A DNA stretch of 32,000 bases from Candidatus Saccharimonadota bacterium (GCA_049296095.1 JBAQRV010000001.1:330001-362000), one strand, 5' to 3'; shown: positions 24,527 through 32,000, numbered from the stretch's first letter. Made by a program: numbers and translations. Notes: generated by a model from the sequence alone, not told the origin.

Positions 24527-24844
24527 ATGGAACCACTCATCACCCCCGCGCTCCTCGCCTCAACAGGCATTAACGTCCCTGACGATCAAGTCGAAGAATA
24601 TCTTGATCTTATTAATGATCAACTGGCTGAACGTATCGGTGAATCGGTTATCGAGAGTCTCGATGAAGCAACGGTTGAAAAACTAGCCGATATGCAGGAA
24701 ACGGCTAGTGACGAAGAGCTTAATAACTGGATGCAGGCTAATATTCCTCAACTGAATGACATTATCCGACAGGAGATTGACATCATTTTGGGCGATGCGG
24801 CTGAAAATAGCCACGCTTTTAATGGCTTAGAAAAAGACGCTTAG
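24527..24844 (+). CDS. Hypothetical acidic protein (105 aa from ATG 24527; ORF-track start 24515)
   Basis: Intact ORF. I prefer the start at MEPLITP because the 24515 ATG lies inside the hairpin stem and inside the -10 box. No domain recognised. Confidence 0.7.
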   Translation: MEPLITPALLASTGINVPDDQVEEYLDLINDQLAERIGESVIESLDEATVEKLADMQETASDEELNNWMQANIPQLNDIIRQEIDIILGDAAENSHAFNGLEKDA

Positions 24845-24853
24845 GGCGTCTTT
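24833..24853. terminator. Bidirectional terminator shared by the 105-aa gene and lysS
   Basis: 8-bp stem AAAGACGC / GCGTCTTT with the plus-strand TAG stop in the loop. T-runs flank it on both strands. Confidence 0.7.
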
Positions 24854-24854
24854 C

Positions 24855-26366
24855 TTAGTCGAATTTTACTCCAGGATAGATACTTTTTGTCACGTCATCA
24901 TATTCGTGACGGAGTTGTGGGAATGGCACACCCTCGCGGGCGGTGACACCTTCAAAGATCCAGAACAAGCGTTCACTGTAGCTAAAGCCACAAGTTGGCG
25001 GAATACCGTATTCCAGCATCTCGACAAAGTCGATGTCGAGCATCATAGCCTCGTCGTCCCCTGCTTCGCGCATTTTTTGCTGTTCAAGGAAGCGTTCTAA
25101 TTGATCGATCGGATCGTTTAACTCAGAAAAGTTGTTGCCGAGTTCAGATCCAGCGATAACCGGCTGGAAGCGCTGAGTGGTGCGTGGATCGTCGAGGTTA
25201 GTTTTGGCAAGCGGACTCACAAACAGAGGCGTGTTGATGAGCCAAATAGGACCAGCAACGTCCTTGCGGATATTTTTCCAGAGCTTGTCGATGCCACGGG
25301 CTTTACTATCGATTTTCTCGACCTCAAGGTTGTTATCTTTGAGGGCTTTTTGAACGTCTTCCAGGCTACACTCATAAATGTCGAGGCCATAGCGCTTCTT
25401 GATGGTTTCGGCGTAGTCCCAGTGTTCCCATTCCTTATCGAGATCAATGTCGAACTTGCCCAGCTTAAACTGCAGCGTACCGAATGTTTCCTTGAGGACG
25501 TACTTCATCATGTCCTGCATAAAGACGATCCCCTCTTTCCAGCTGGCGTAGGCCCAGTAGAATTCAAGTGCGATGTGTTCAGGCAGGTGCTCATCACTGT
25601 AATTTTCATTTCGAAATCGAGGACCGAGGTCGTAGACCTTTTCAAAGCCTGCGCCGATCAGGCGCTTGAGCGGCAACTCGTGGCTAATACGGAGATAAAA
25701 GTCTTCGTCGAGCGCATCCATATGTGTCACGAATGGGTTGGCATCAGCGCCACCGGTGGTATGTTCGAGAACGGGAATATTTACTTCGATAAAGCCATGG
25801 TCGTCGAGGTATTTGCGGGTGGCTTGCCAGAATTTTGAGCGGCGAACGAAGCGGTCACGCACCTCAGCATTAACATTCATGTCAACATAGCGACGACGCA
25901 TGCGCTCTTCTTTGTTTGTGAAACCTTCGGTTGCACTCGGCATTGGGCGGAGAGATTTTGTCAGGAGGACAAGTTCTTTGGTAAAGATCGACACTTCACC
26001 CGTTTTACTCTTATCAACCGTGCCAGTCGCCTCGACAAAGTCGCCCGTATCAAGCAATGGCAAATCTTCAATGCCCAATTGATTCTTCGTCGTGTCGCGA
26101 GGAGAAACCTCGGCTTCATTTAAATAGAGCTGAACTGATCCACTAAAGTCACGAACCACAATAAAGGCCAGTTTGCCGAATTTTCGAATGGCGGTAATAC
26201 GACCAGCTACTGTTACCGTCTCGCCCTTGAGCTTATCGAAATCAGCCATAACCTCGCCCGCATTATGCGTACGGTGAGAATCGGCCGGGTAAGGATTAAA
26301 CCCGAGTTTTCTCAGGTCATCTAGTTTGCGAAGTCGCTCGTCGCGGAAGTCTTTTAATGTAGCCAT
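24855..26366 (-). CDS. lysS: Lysyl-tRNA synthetase, class II
   Basis: 503 aa with an N-terminal OB anticodon-binding domain and class II motifs (FRNENYSDEHLPEH, GIPPTCGFSYSERL). Confidence 0.95.
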   Translation of the reverse strand: MATLKDFRDERLRKLDDLRKLGFNPYPADSHRTHNAGEVMADFDKLKGETVTVAGRITAIRKFGKLAFIVVRDFSGSVQLYLNEAEVSPRDTTKNQLGIEDLPLLDTGDFVEATGTVDKSKTGEVSIFTKELVLLTKSLRPMPSATEGFTNKEERMRRRYVDMNVNAEVRDRFVRRSKFWQATRKYLDDHGFIEVNIPVLEHTTGGADANPFVTHMDALDEDFYLRISHELPLKRLIGAGFEKVYDLGPRFRNENYSDEHLPEHIALEFYWAYASWKEGIVFMQDMMKYVLKETFGTLQFKLGKFDIDLDKEWEHWDYAETIKKRYGLDIYECSLEDVQKALKDNNLEVEKIDSKARGIDKLWKNIRKDVAGPIWLINTPLFVSPLAKTNLDDPRTTQRFQPVIAGSELGNNFSELNDPIDQLERFLEQQKMREAGDDEAMMLDIDFVEMLEYGIPPTCGFSYSERLFWIFEGVTAREGVPFPQLRHEYDDVTKSIYPGVKFD

Positions 26367-26377
26367 AATTATCTGTT

Positions 26378-26386
26378 AGTATAGCA
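26378..26386 (-). promoter_or_regulatory. Extended -10 box TGCTATACT, 11 nt upstream of the lysS ATG (leaderless-type)
   Basis: rc of 26378-26386 reads TGCTATACT. The spacer is aacagataatt with no SD. Confidence 0.45.
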
Positions 26387-26420
26387 TATCCACCCCGTAG
26401 AATTGTTTACGAGATTGGCT

Positions 26421-26876
26421 TTAATTAATCTGAGCAATCTTGTAAGTCACACTGCCCTTTGGTGTAGTGATAACAGCGCTGTCCCCGACTTTTTTGCCAT
26501 AGAGGGCCATACCGATTGGTGATTCGTTGCTGATTTTGCCTTCGAGTGGGTTGGCTTCAACTGGGCCAACGATGGTATAGTTTACGGCTTTGCCGCCGGT
26601 TTTGAGCTCAACGCGGCTTCCGAGGTCGATGGTTTGCTTGCGGCTTGCCTTGATAATGTCGGCGTTGTTAATAATTTCTTCGATTTCGGCGATACGAGTC
26701 TCGAGGAGGCCTTGCTCTTCGCGGGCAGCGTCATATTCGGCGTTTTCGCTGAGGTCACCAAAATCACGAGCTTCTGAGATTTTCTCAGCCACGTCACCGC
26801 GGCGCGCCTTTAATGTAGCGAGCTCTTTTTCAAGCTCTTTTTTACCTTCTATAGTGATCTGGTATTGTTTCTTCAT
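26421..26876 (-). CDS. greA: Transcription elongation factor GreA
   Basis: 151 aa with an N-terminal coiled coil carrying the acidic tip (GDLSENAEYDAAREEQ) and a C-terminal FKBP-like domain. Confidence 0.93.
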   Translation of the reverse strand: MKKQYQITIEGKKELEKELATLKARRGDVAEKISEARDFGDLSENAEYDAAREEQGLLETRIAEIEEIINNADIIKASRKQTIDLGSRVELKTGGKAVNYTIVGPVEANPLEGKISNESPIGMALYGKKVGDSAVITTPKGSVTYKIAQIN

Positions 26877-26971
26877 GATGTTCTCTTTTTTCTTAAATAA
26901 AATGATTGAAAATCTTTTTTAAAGGCGCCCTACACCATATATAGCGTAGGACACCAACTCGCAGTCTCTAA

Positions 26972-28213
26972 TTAAGCTAGTTTAGCAAGCAGCTCTTCAG
27001 GTGTCAATAGCTCAGATTCGCCGCTTGAACGTGGGGTTAATTCGAATTTTCCGCCCTCTAGCAGACGCTCACTGACTGTGACGCGGTATGGGATACCCAG
27101 CAGCTCGGCATCGGCGAATTTCGCGCCAGCTCGTTCATCTCGATCATCATAAAGAACCTCGATTCCCGCTTGAGTAAATCGATCATACAGTTCATCAGCT
27201 TTATGACTCGCACCTTCACCAATACTAACGAGGTAGACCTTGAAAGGTGCAACCGCTTCTGGCCAAACCAGACCCTTATCATCAGCAAAATGTTCAGCAA
27301 TGAGTCCCATTAAACGGCTCGGGCCGATACCATAACTTCCCATAATGACTGGTTTTGATTCACCATTTTCGTCAGTAAAATTCAAATCAAGTGGGTCGCT
27401 GTATTTAGTACCCAGCGTGAAGATGTTTCCGACTTCAACAGCCTTCACTTCTTCTAGCTCGTCCTTCGATACGCCCAATTCAGCGAGGACTTCGTCGGTG
27501 TAGACCTCCTCGTTAATTGCGAGACCTTTTTCTCGGTTGAGATAAATCGTGTCTTCACCAACCGGACTCAAGGTCTGATACTCGTGAGAGAATTTTGAGA
27601 AGCTTCCGCCACTGGCAAACGTCTTGTATGTAAGGTCACCCAGGCCAAGACGATCAAACACGCGGAAATACGCCTGGCTAATCGTTTCATAAAACGCATC
27701 GTGCTCTTCCTGTGTCCGACTAAAGCTATACAGGTCCTTCATCCAGAATTCGCGGCCACGCATCAGGCCACTTTTTGAACGAATCTCGTTGCGAAATTTG
27801 ATTTGGAACTGATATGGATAGACAGGAAGATCCTTGTAGCTGTGGATGTAGTTTTTCATCAGCTTGGTAAGTGGTTCCTCATGCGTTGGCGCCAGACCGA
27901 GTTCGGTCCCATTGGCAAGTTTTGTTTTGAACCAGACATCGATGACCTCGTCACTCCAGCGTCCAGATGTTTTCCAAACATCGCTCGATTGCAAGGCGGT
28001 CAGGCTGATTTCATTGCCGCCAATCCCATTCATTTCTTCACGAATAATCTGAGTTACCTTCTCTAGCACTCGCTTGCCAAGCGGCAGGTACGCATAGACA
28101 CCGGCCATTTCCTTATAAATAAACCCGGCGCGAATGAGCAGCTGGGCGTTTTTGGCGACCTCATCGGCTGGTGCGTCTTTGAGTGTTTTAGTGAATAGTT
28201 GTGTAATTTTCAT
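26972..28213 (-). CDS. proS: Prolyl-tRNA synthetase, bacterial-type core lacking the INS editing domain
   Basis: ProRS N-terminus (MKITQLFTKTLKDAPADEV...LLIRAGFI), class II motifs and a C-terminal anticodon-binding domain. Only about 45 aa lie between motifs 2 and 3, and total length is 413 aa. AGGAGGA SD sits inside the upstream gene's 3' end. Confidence 0.9.
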   Translation of the reverse strand: MKITQLFTKTLKDAPADEVAKNAQLLIRAGFIYKEMAGVYAYLPLGKRVLEKVTQIIREEMNGIGGNEISLTALQSSDVWKTSGRWSDEVIDVWFKTKLANGTELGLAPTHEEPLTKLMKNYIHSYKDLPVYPYQFQIKFRNEIRSKSGLMRGREFWMKDLYSFSRTQEEHDAFYETISQAYFRVFDRLGLGDLTYKTFASGGSFSKFSHEYQTLSPVGEDTIYLNREKGLAINEEVYTDEVLAELGVSKDELEEVKAVEVGNIFTLGTKYSDPLDLNFTDENGESKPVIMGSYGIGPSRLMGLIAEHFADDKGLVWPEAVAPFKVYLVSIGEGASHKADELYDRFTQAGIEVLYDDRDERAGAKFADAELLGIPYRVTVSERLLEGGKFELTPRSSGESELLTPEELLAKLA

Positions 28214-28219
28214 AATAAT

Positions 28220-28978
28220 TTATCCTCCTAGTGTACCGAGAAGTGTTGGATTAATAAAGAGGAAGTAAAAAGCGACAGCATTTTTTAACATGTGGAGAAT
28301 GATCGATGGCCACAGGCTCTTTGTCAGCACCCGTAGCAAACACAGCACGATACTGAGGGCAAAGACATCAATACCGACATTCCAAGCACCGTGCACAACG
28401 CCGAACAAGATACTTGTAATAAGGATCGCAACCCAGACTGGAACGTGATGACGTAGCTTTCCAAACAAATAGCCGCGGAATAAGATCTCTTCAGCCACAG
28501 GAGCAATGATAATCAACATGATAAACGCTAATACAAATTCGTACTGCTGACTGATTTGAGAAAAGCCAGTATCCTGCGCCTGCTCTGGGTTAACGAATGG
28601 CAGCATTCCAGCGAGTAATGCCAGCACTGCCGACAAAATCACATAGACAAAGAACCCAGCTGGCGCCAACAATAAATCAAGCCACTCTGGCAAGCGCGTC
28701 AATCCTAGCTCTTCACGAGTCGTTTTGTTCTGTTTGATAAGCCACGGCAAGCCAATAGTTAACACCAGGGTAATAATATATATCACGCCACCAGCCACTG
28801 TCGTCAGAACGGCTTGATTCACGGCATGAAGATCAACGCCAACCGCCGTTAACAAACTGATCACAACGGTGACGATAGCTTGGGCAAGAATAAAGCTGAC
28901 ACACACCCAGATTGGCAGGACCAATGCCAGCCACATCTTCTTCTCAATAAATTTATGCAAAAAGTTTTGTAACATCAC
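28220..28978 (-). CDS. CPBP family intramembrane glutamic endopeptidase (CAAX protease-like)
   Basis: Polytopic membrane protein with CPBP motifs EEILFRGYLF and FGVVHG. The start is uncertain: GTG at 28978, ATG at 28975 or ATG at 28936. The longest form overlaps rseP by 26 nt. Confidence 0.8.
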   Translation of the reverse strand: MMLQNFLHKFIEKKMWLALVLPIWVCVSFILAQAIVTVVISLLTAVGVDLHAVNQAVLTTVAGGVIYIITLVLTIGLPWLIKQNKTTREELGLTRLPEWLDLLLAPAGFFVYVILSAVLALLAGMLPFVNPEQAQDTGFSQISQQYEFVLAFIMLIIIAPVAEEILFRGYLFGKLRHHVPVWVAILITSILFGVVHGAWNVGIDVFALSIVLCLLRVLTKSLWPSIILHMLKNAVAFYFLFINPTLLGTLGG

Positions 28979-30092
28979 CGATGGTAATGAGGATAATGAG
29001 GCCCATCAGCACCATAAAGCCGATCCCCTTCACTCGTTCCTCTATATCCTTGGTTAAGGGTTTCTTCATGATTCTAAACAAAGCCATCAAGTACCAGCTA
29101 CCACCATCAAGTGCTGGGATAGGCAGGACATTCATCACGGCCAATGTCAGAGAGATGATCGCTGCAAGGAATAGGACCGTTTCAGGACCAGCCTGACCAG
29201 CTGCCGGGAAGATTGTTCCAAGGATACCGACAGGACCAGCCACGCCAGCGCTGGCTTCATCTAGATTAGCCTTGCCCTGTTCACGGGCTGCTTGGTCTGG
29301 GCTGAGTTGCAAGAATAGTCCACTGAACAAATCGCCGAGTAGATTGCCCAGGCCTTGAACAGTCGCCCAGGTATATTGTGCAGTTGTCACCACACCCACA
29401 ATCGGTGCTGACCAAGTAGCCCTGATACGTTGCTCTTGAGCCAGTGTCGAGCCAAAGACAGCTGAATCAGTGTCGCGGAGTGTCACTTGCGTTGTTTGAT
29501 CTTTATCATCGCGCTCAAAGACAACTGGAACCGTTTGCCCGCGATTGGCCTTGCTGACAGAAATGAGTTCTTCAGTCGTTTCAATCGGTTCACCAGCAAA
29601 TGAGATGATTTTATCGCCTGACTGTAGCCCGGCTTTCTCGGCTGGGTAGTCTTTTGAAACAACACCCAGTTGGACTGGGAGGTTAATTGTCGTCGTATCG
29701 CCTGGGACCGAGAACTGGTTTGGAATGATTTTCGGAAGGCCAATAACCGCAAGAATACTGAGGATCACTACTGCTACCAACCAGTTGACGACCACCCCAG
29801 CGAACAAGATCTGTGTCTTTTGCCAGAAAGTAGCAGCACCAAAGTCGCCCTTCTTCCGAGCTGAATCACTCTCGCCCTTTAGTTTTACAAAGCCACCGAG
29901 TGGCAACCAGTTGAGACTAAACAAAGTGCCATTTTTCAGCTTCTTCGCCCAAGCTCGAGGTGGAAAACCGACACCAAATTCCTCCACAACCACGCCAGCA
30001 CGTCGGGCAGCAATAGCATGGCCTAGTTCGTGCAGGACAACCAAGACGACAAGAACAACCAGCCCAATCAAAATTCCAACAAATAAGTCCAT
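28953..30092 (-). CDS. rseP: RIP metalloprotease RseP / site-2 protease (M50) with PDZ domain
   Basis: HELGH zinc motif in TM1, a PDZ domain (AEKAGLQSGDKIISFAG) and a C-terminal NVLPIPALDGG motif. Confidence 0.88.
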   Translation of the reverse strand: MDLFVGILIGLVVLVVLVVLHELGHAIAARRAGVVVEEFGVGFPPRAWAKKLKNGTLFSLNWLPLGGFVKLKGESDSARKKGDFGAATFWQKTQILFAGVVVNWLVAVVILSILAVIGLPKIIPNQFSVPGDTTTINLPVQLGVVSKDYPAEKAGLQSGDKIISFAGEPIETTEELISVSKANRGQTVPVVFERDDKDQTTQVTLRDTDSAVFGSTLAQEQRIRATWSAPIVGVVTTAQYTWATVQGLGNLLGDLFSGLFLQLSPDQAAREQGKANLDEASAGVAGPVGILGTIFPAAGQAGPETVLFLAAIISLTLAVMNVLPIPALDGGSWYLMALFRIMKKPLTKDIEERVKGIGFMVLMGLIILITIGDVTKLFA

Positions 30093-30791
30093 TTAGCCTC
30101 CAAAGCGTCGATGTCGACGCGAATATTCTTTAATTATAGCCGTCACGTCGTCTTTTGTCATTTCTGGCCACATCTTATCGAGAAATATTAACTCGCTATA
30201 AGCCGAGCGCCATAGCATAAAGTTGCTGAGTCGTTTCTCGCCACTGGTACGTACAATAACGTCGACCGGCGGTACTTCCGCGCCATAGAGATTGGCAGCG
30301 ATCAAATCTTCATCTATCTCCTCAGCAGCAACCCCGGATTGAACAATTTTTTTAACTGCATCAACAACCTCACGCTGACCGCCGTAATTTAAACAAATTG
30401 CCAATGTTCCGCCCGTATTATCCTTTGTGTCATGTTCGAGCTTATCCATCGCCTTCAGGATCTTATCGTCTAATCCATCCCGAGTCCCCAAGATCTTTAA
30501 ACGAATATTATTCTCATGAAACAATTTTGCGTCGGTCGTAAAAAGACGCAACACCAGTGACATCAACCCCTTAATTTCTTCCTGGCTCCGCTTCCAGTTT
30601 TCGGTTGAGAAAATATAAATACTCATAAACTGGATCTTTGCTTCGAGTGAGGCGAAGGCAATATCTTTTAGGGCATTATACCCAGCCAAGTGGCCTTCAT
30701 AGGTAGGCAATCCGTGCTTCTTTGCCCAGCGACGATTACCATCAATAATATACCCAACGTGCCGAGGAATGATAAGTTCTGTTTCGGACAT
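30093..30791 (-). CDS. uppS: Isoprenyl transferase (undecaprenyl-diphosphate synthase)
   Basis: 232 aa with IPRHVGYIIDGNRRWAKKHGLP and a C-terminal RLSNFMLWRSAYSELIF motif. Abuts rseP (TAAATG) and overlaps frr (TAATG). Confidence 0.93.
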   Translation of the reverse strand: MSETELIIPRHVGYIIDGNRRWAKKHGLPTYEGHLAGYNALKDIAFASLEAKIQFMSIYIFSTENWKRSQEEIKGLMSLVLRLFTTDAKLFHENNIRLKILGTRDGLDDKILKAMDKLEHDTKDNTGGTLAICLNYGGQREVVDAVKKIVQSGVAAEEIDEDLIAANLYGAEVPPVDVIVRTSGEKRLSNFMLWRSAYSELIFLDKMWPEMTKDDVTAIIKEYSRRHRRFGG

Positions 30792-31345
30792 TAGAGTGTT
30801 AAGATTTCTTTCTCTTTATCTTTAAAGATAGTGTCAATTTGAGCGTTCAATGTACTCATTGAATCATCGATGGCTTTTTCAGCTCGTTTTTGGTCATCTT
30901 CGGACATTTCTTTAGCATCCTTAGCACGTTTAAACTCTTTAAAGGCGTCTTGGCGAACGTTACGAAGCGCAATGCGAGCTTCCTCTACCTTTTCGCCGGT
31001 CTGCTTAACGAGAAGTTTACGACGCTCCTCGGTGAGTGGAGGGATTGGCACGCGCACTACTCGACCATCGTCGCTTGGATTGAGTCCAAGGGATTGATCG
31101 TTACGAATCGCTGTCGAGATGGCGGCGATGTTTGATGGATCAAATGGCGTTAAGGTCAAAAGCTGCGGCTCGGGTGCGGTCACGTTAGCCACCTGATTCA
31201 GCGGCATGCGCTGTCCGTAGGCCTCAACACTAATGCTATCGAGCATGTTTGGATGAGCCCGACCGGTACGAACCTTTTTTAGTTCATCTTCAAAATGGGC
31301 AACGGCGGCGGCAAATCGATCATCGTAGGGTTTTGTGTCAAACAT
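30791..31345 (-). CDS. frr: Ribosome recycling factor
   Basis: 184 aa, collinear with RRF (LDSISVEAYGQRMPLNQVANV...VRVPIPPLTEERRK). Confidence 0.95.
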   Translation of the reverse strand: MFDTKPYDDRFAAAVAHFEDELKKVRTGRAHPNMLDSISVEAYGQRMPLNQVANVTAPEPQLLTLTPFDPSNIAAISTAIRNDQSLGLNPSDDGRVVRVPIPPLTEERRKLLVKQTGEKVEEARIALRNVRQDAFKEFKRAKDAKEMSEDDQKRAEKAIDDSMSTLNAQIDTIFKDKEKEILTL

Positions 31346-31354
31346 AATGTCCCT

Positions 31355-31363
31355 AGTATATCA
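31355..31363 (-). promoter_or_regulatory. Extended -10 box TGATATACT, 9 nt upstream of the frr ATG (leaderless-type)
   Basis: rc of 31355-31363 reads TGATATACT. The spacer is agggacatt. The same TATAnT-AGGGAC junction occurs at 22846-22859. Confidence 0.4.
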
Positions 31364-31368
31364 AAAAA

Positions 31369-31722
31369 CTAGTAATCGACGTCTTCCGTACTTGTACGAA
31401 TGACCATTTTTTCTAGAGTCTCTTTACCGACTGCAATATCAATCGATGTCGACTGACCATCTCGGGAGGTAATCATAACAAAATCAGTTGAGTCTTGTTT
31501 GCCATTACCCAGATCTTCCCTCGTTGCATAAACAACGCCTTCGGCATGACGATCTTTTAGAAAACGAACAATGCGTTCGTTAGTGTCAGCGATTATTTCT
31601 CCTTCATTCGGGGTAAATACCAAGGCAATACGAGCCATAAGACTTCGTGCAAAGAAGAGATTCTCGTTTTTATCAAACTTATGTTCCACCCTCGTCATGA
31701 TGCGCTCACCAATATCAGGCAT
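31369..31722 (-). CDS. Hypothetical protein (117 aa) occupying the tsf-frr slot
   Basis: Strong AAGGAGG SD 6 nt upstream of the ATG and a 12-nt gap after the tsf stop. No domain recognised, and it is far too short to be UMP kinase. Confidence 0.7.
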   Translation of the reverse strand: MPDIGERIMTRVEHKFDKNENLFFARSLMARIALVFTPNEGEIIADTNERIVRFLKDRHAEGVVYATREDLGNGKQDSTDFVMITSRDGQSTSIDIAVGKETLEKMVIRTSTEDVDY

Positions 31723-31734
31723 TGAGTGCCTCCT

Positions 31735-32000
31735 TTATTCGTTAACGCCGAGCTCAATTCGCTTGAACTGACGGATGATAATATTCTCACCCATCTTGCC
31801 GATGTTCTCTTTGAGGAACTGTCCGACGGTCATCGAGTCATCCATAATGTAGGCTTGGTTCAAGAGAACCTTGTCTGCAAAATGTTTCTTCACCTGACCT
31901 TCAACAATCTTTTCAGCCATCTCGGCAGGTTTGCCTTCAGCAACTACCTTTTCCATTGCTTCTGAGCGCACTCGTTCAAGCTCCTCAGCTGGAATGTCAG
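31735..32000 (-). CDS. tsf: Elongation factor Ts, C-terminal part (5' end outside the window)
   Basis: EF-Ts C-terminal sequence (AEKIVEGQVKKHFADKVLLNQAYIMDDSMTVGQFLKE). The reading frame stays open to the window edge, so the ORF-track Met at 31971 is internal. Confidence 0.85.
   Translation of the reverse strand, partial: DIPAEELERVRSEAMEKVVAEGKPAEMAEKIVEGQVKKHFADKVLLNQAYIMDDSMTVGQFLKENIGKMGENIIIRQFKRIELGVNE

Noticed and set aside
26929-26950. Hairpin between proS and greA as an intrinsic terminator
   Set aside because: The stem is only 5 continuous base pairs, extending to 7 with one G-U pair on the minus strand. It has an AT-only loop and no adjacent U-run, so it is too weak to call.
1-32000. 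Search for tRNA, rRNA, CRISPR repeats, transposase/integrase genes, inverted-repeat termini and prophage remnants
   Set aside because: No intergenic gap except 3513-3758 is long enough for a tRNA, and that gap has no cloverleaf or T-loop signature. There are no regularly spaced direct repeats outside the RCC1 gene. No ORF resembles a recombinase.
1-32000. Alternative genetic code (UGA recoding, as in some CPR lineages)
   Set aside because: All conserved genes are full length under the standard code. TGA terminates the pilin-RCC1 gene and the 120-aa gene at sensible positions. An RF2 gene is also present.

Overview
Gene-dense housekeeping window with 35 confident CDS plus one speculative small ORF. 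31 of the 35 CDS are on the minus strand. I found no rRNA, tRNA, CRISPR array, transposase or integrase. All ORFs are intact under the standard code, TGA is used as a stop, and RF2 is present. Recognisable genes are xseB-xseA, rpmA, a stand-alone REC response regulator, an S41 Ctp protease, a PcsB-like coiled-coil/CHAP hydrolase, ftsX-ftsE, prfB, murD, an M16 peptidase, secA, hpf, serS, a MacB-type ABC pair, an FMN reductase, lysS, greA, proS, a CPBP protease, rseP, uppS, frr and the 3' part of tsf. Gene order follows two Firmicutes-like conserved clusters (hpf-secA...prfB-ftsE-ftsX...ctp and tsf-[pyrH]-frr-uppS-[cdsA-dxr]-rseP-proS), but core members are missing and lineage-specific genes are inserted. 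Together with a minimal ProRS and a pilin-fusion gene, this suggests a reduced-genome, Gram-positive-like lineage such as CPR/Patescibacteria (Saccharibacteria-like); that assignment is inference only. The most interesting items are: (1) a 511-aa type IV pilin fused to a seven-blade RCC1-like propeller, sitting between ftsEX and the PcsB-like hydrolase; (2) a recurring -10 or extended -10 box (TGnTAnAnT) only 6-11 nt upstream of at least 13 start codons, implying widespread leaderless mRNAs; (3) a REC / proline-rich repeat protein / charged orphan operon; (4) a 117-aa orphan in the slot normally held by pyrH between tsf and frr; (5) an AT-rich orphan spacer with a possible 37-aa basic/transmembrane peptide opposite a hairpin with a U-tract; (6) a plus-strand island of two acidic orphan proteins whose internal hairpin overlaps a promoter-like box.
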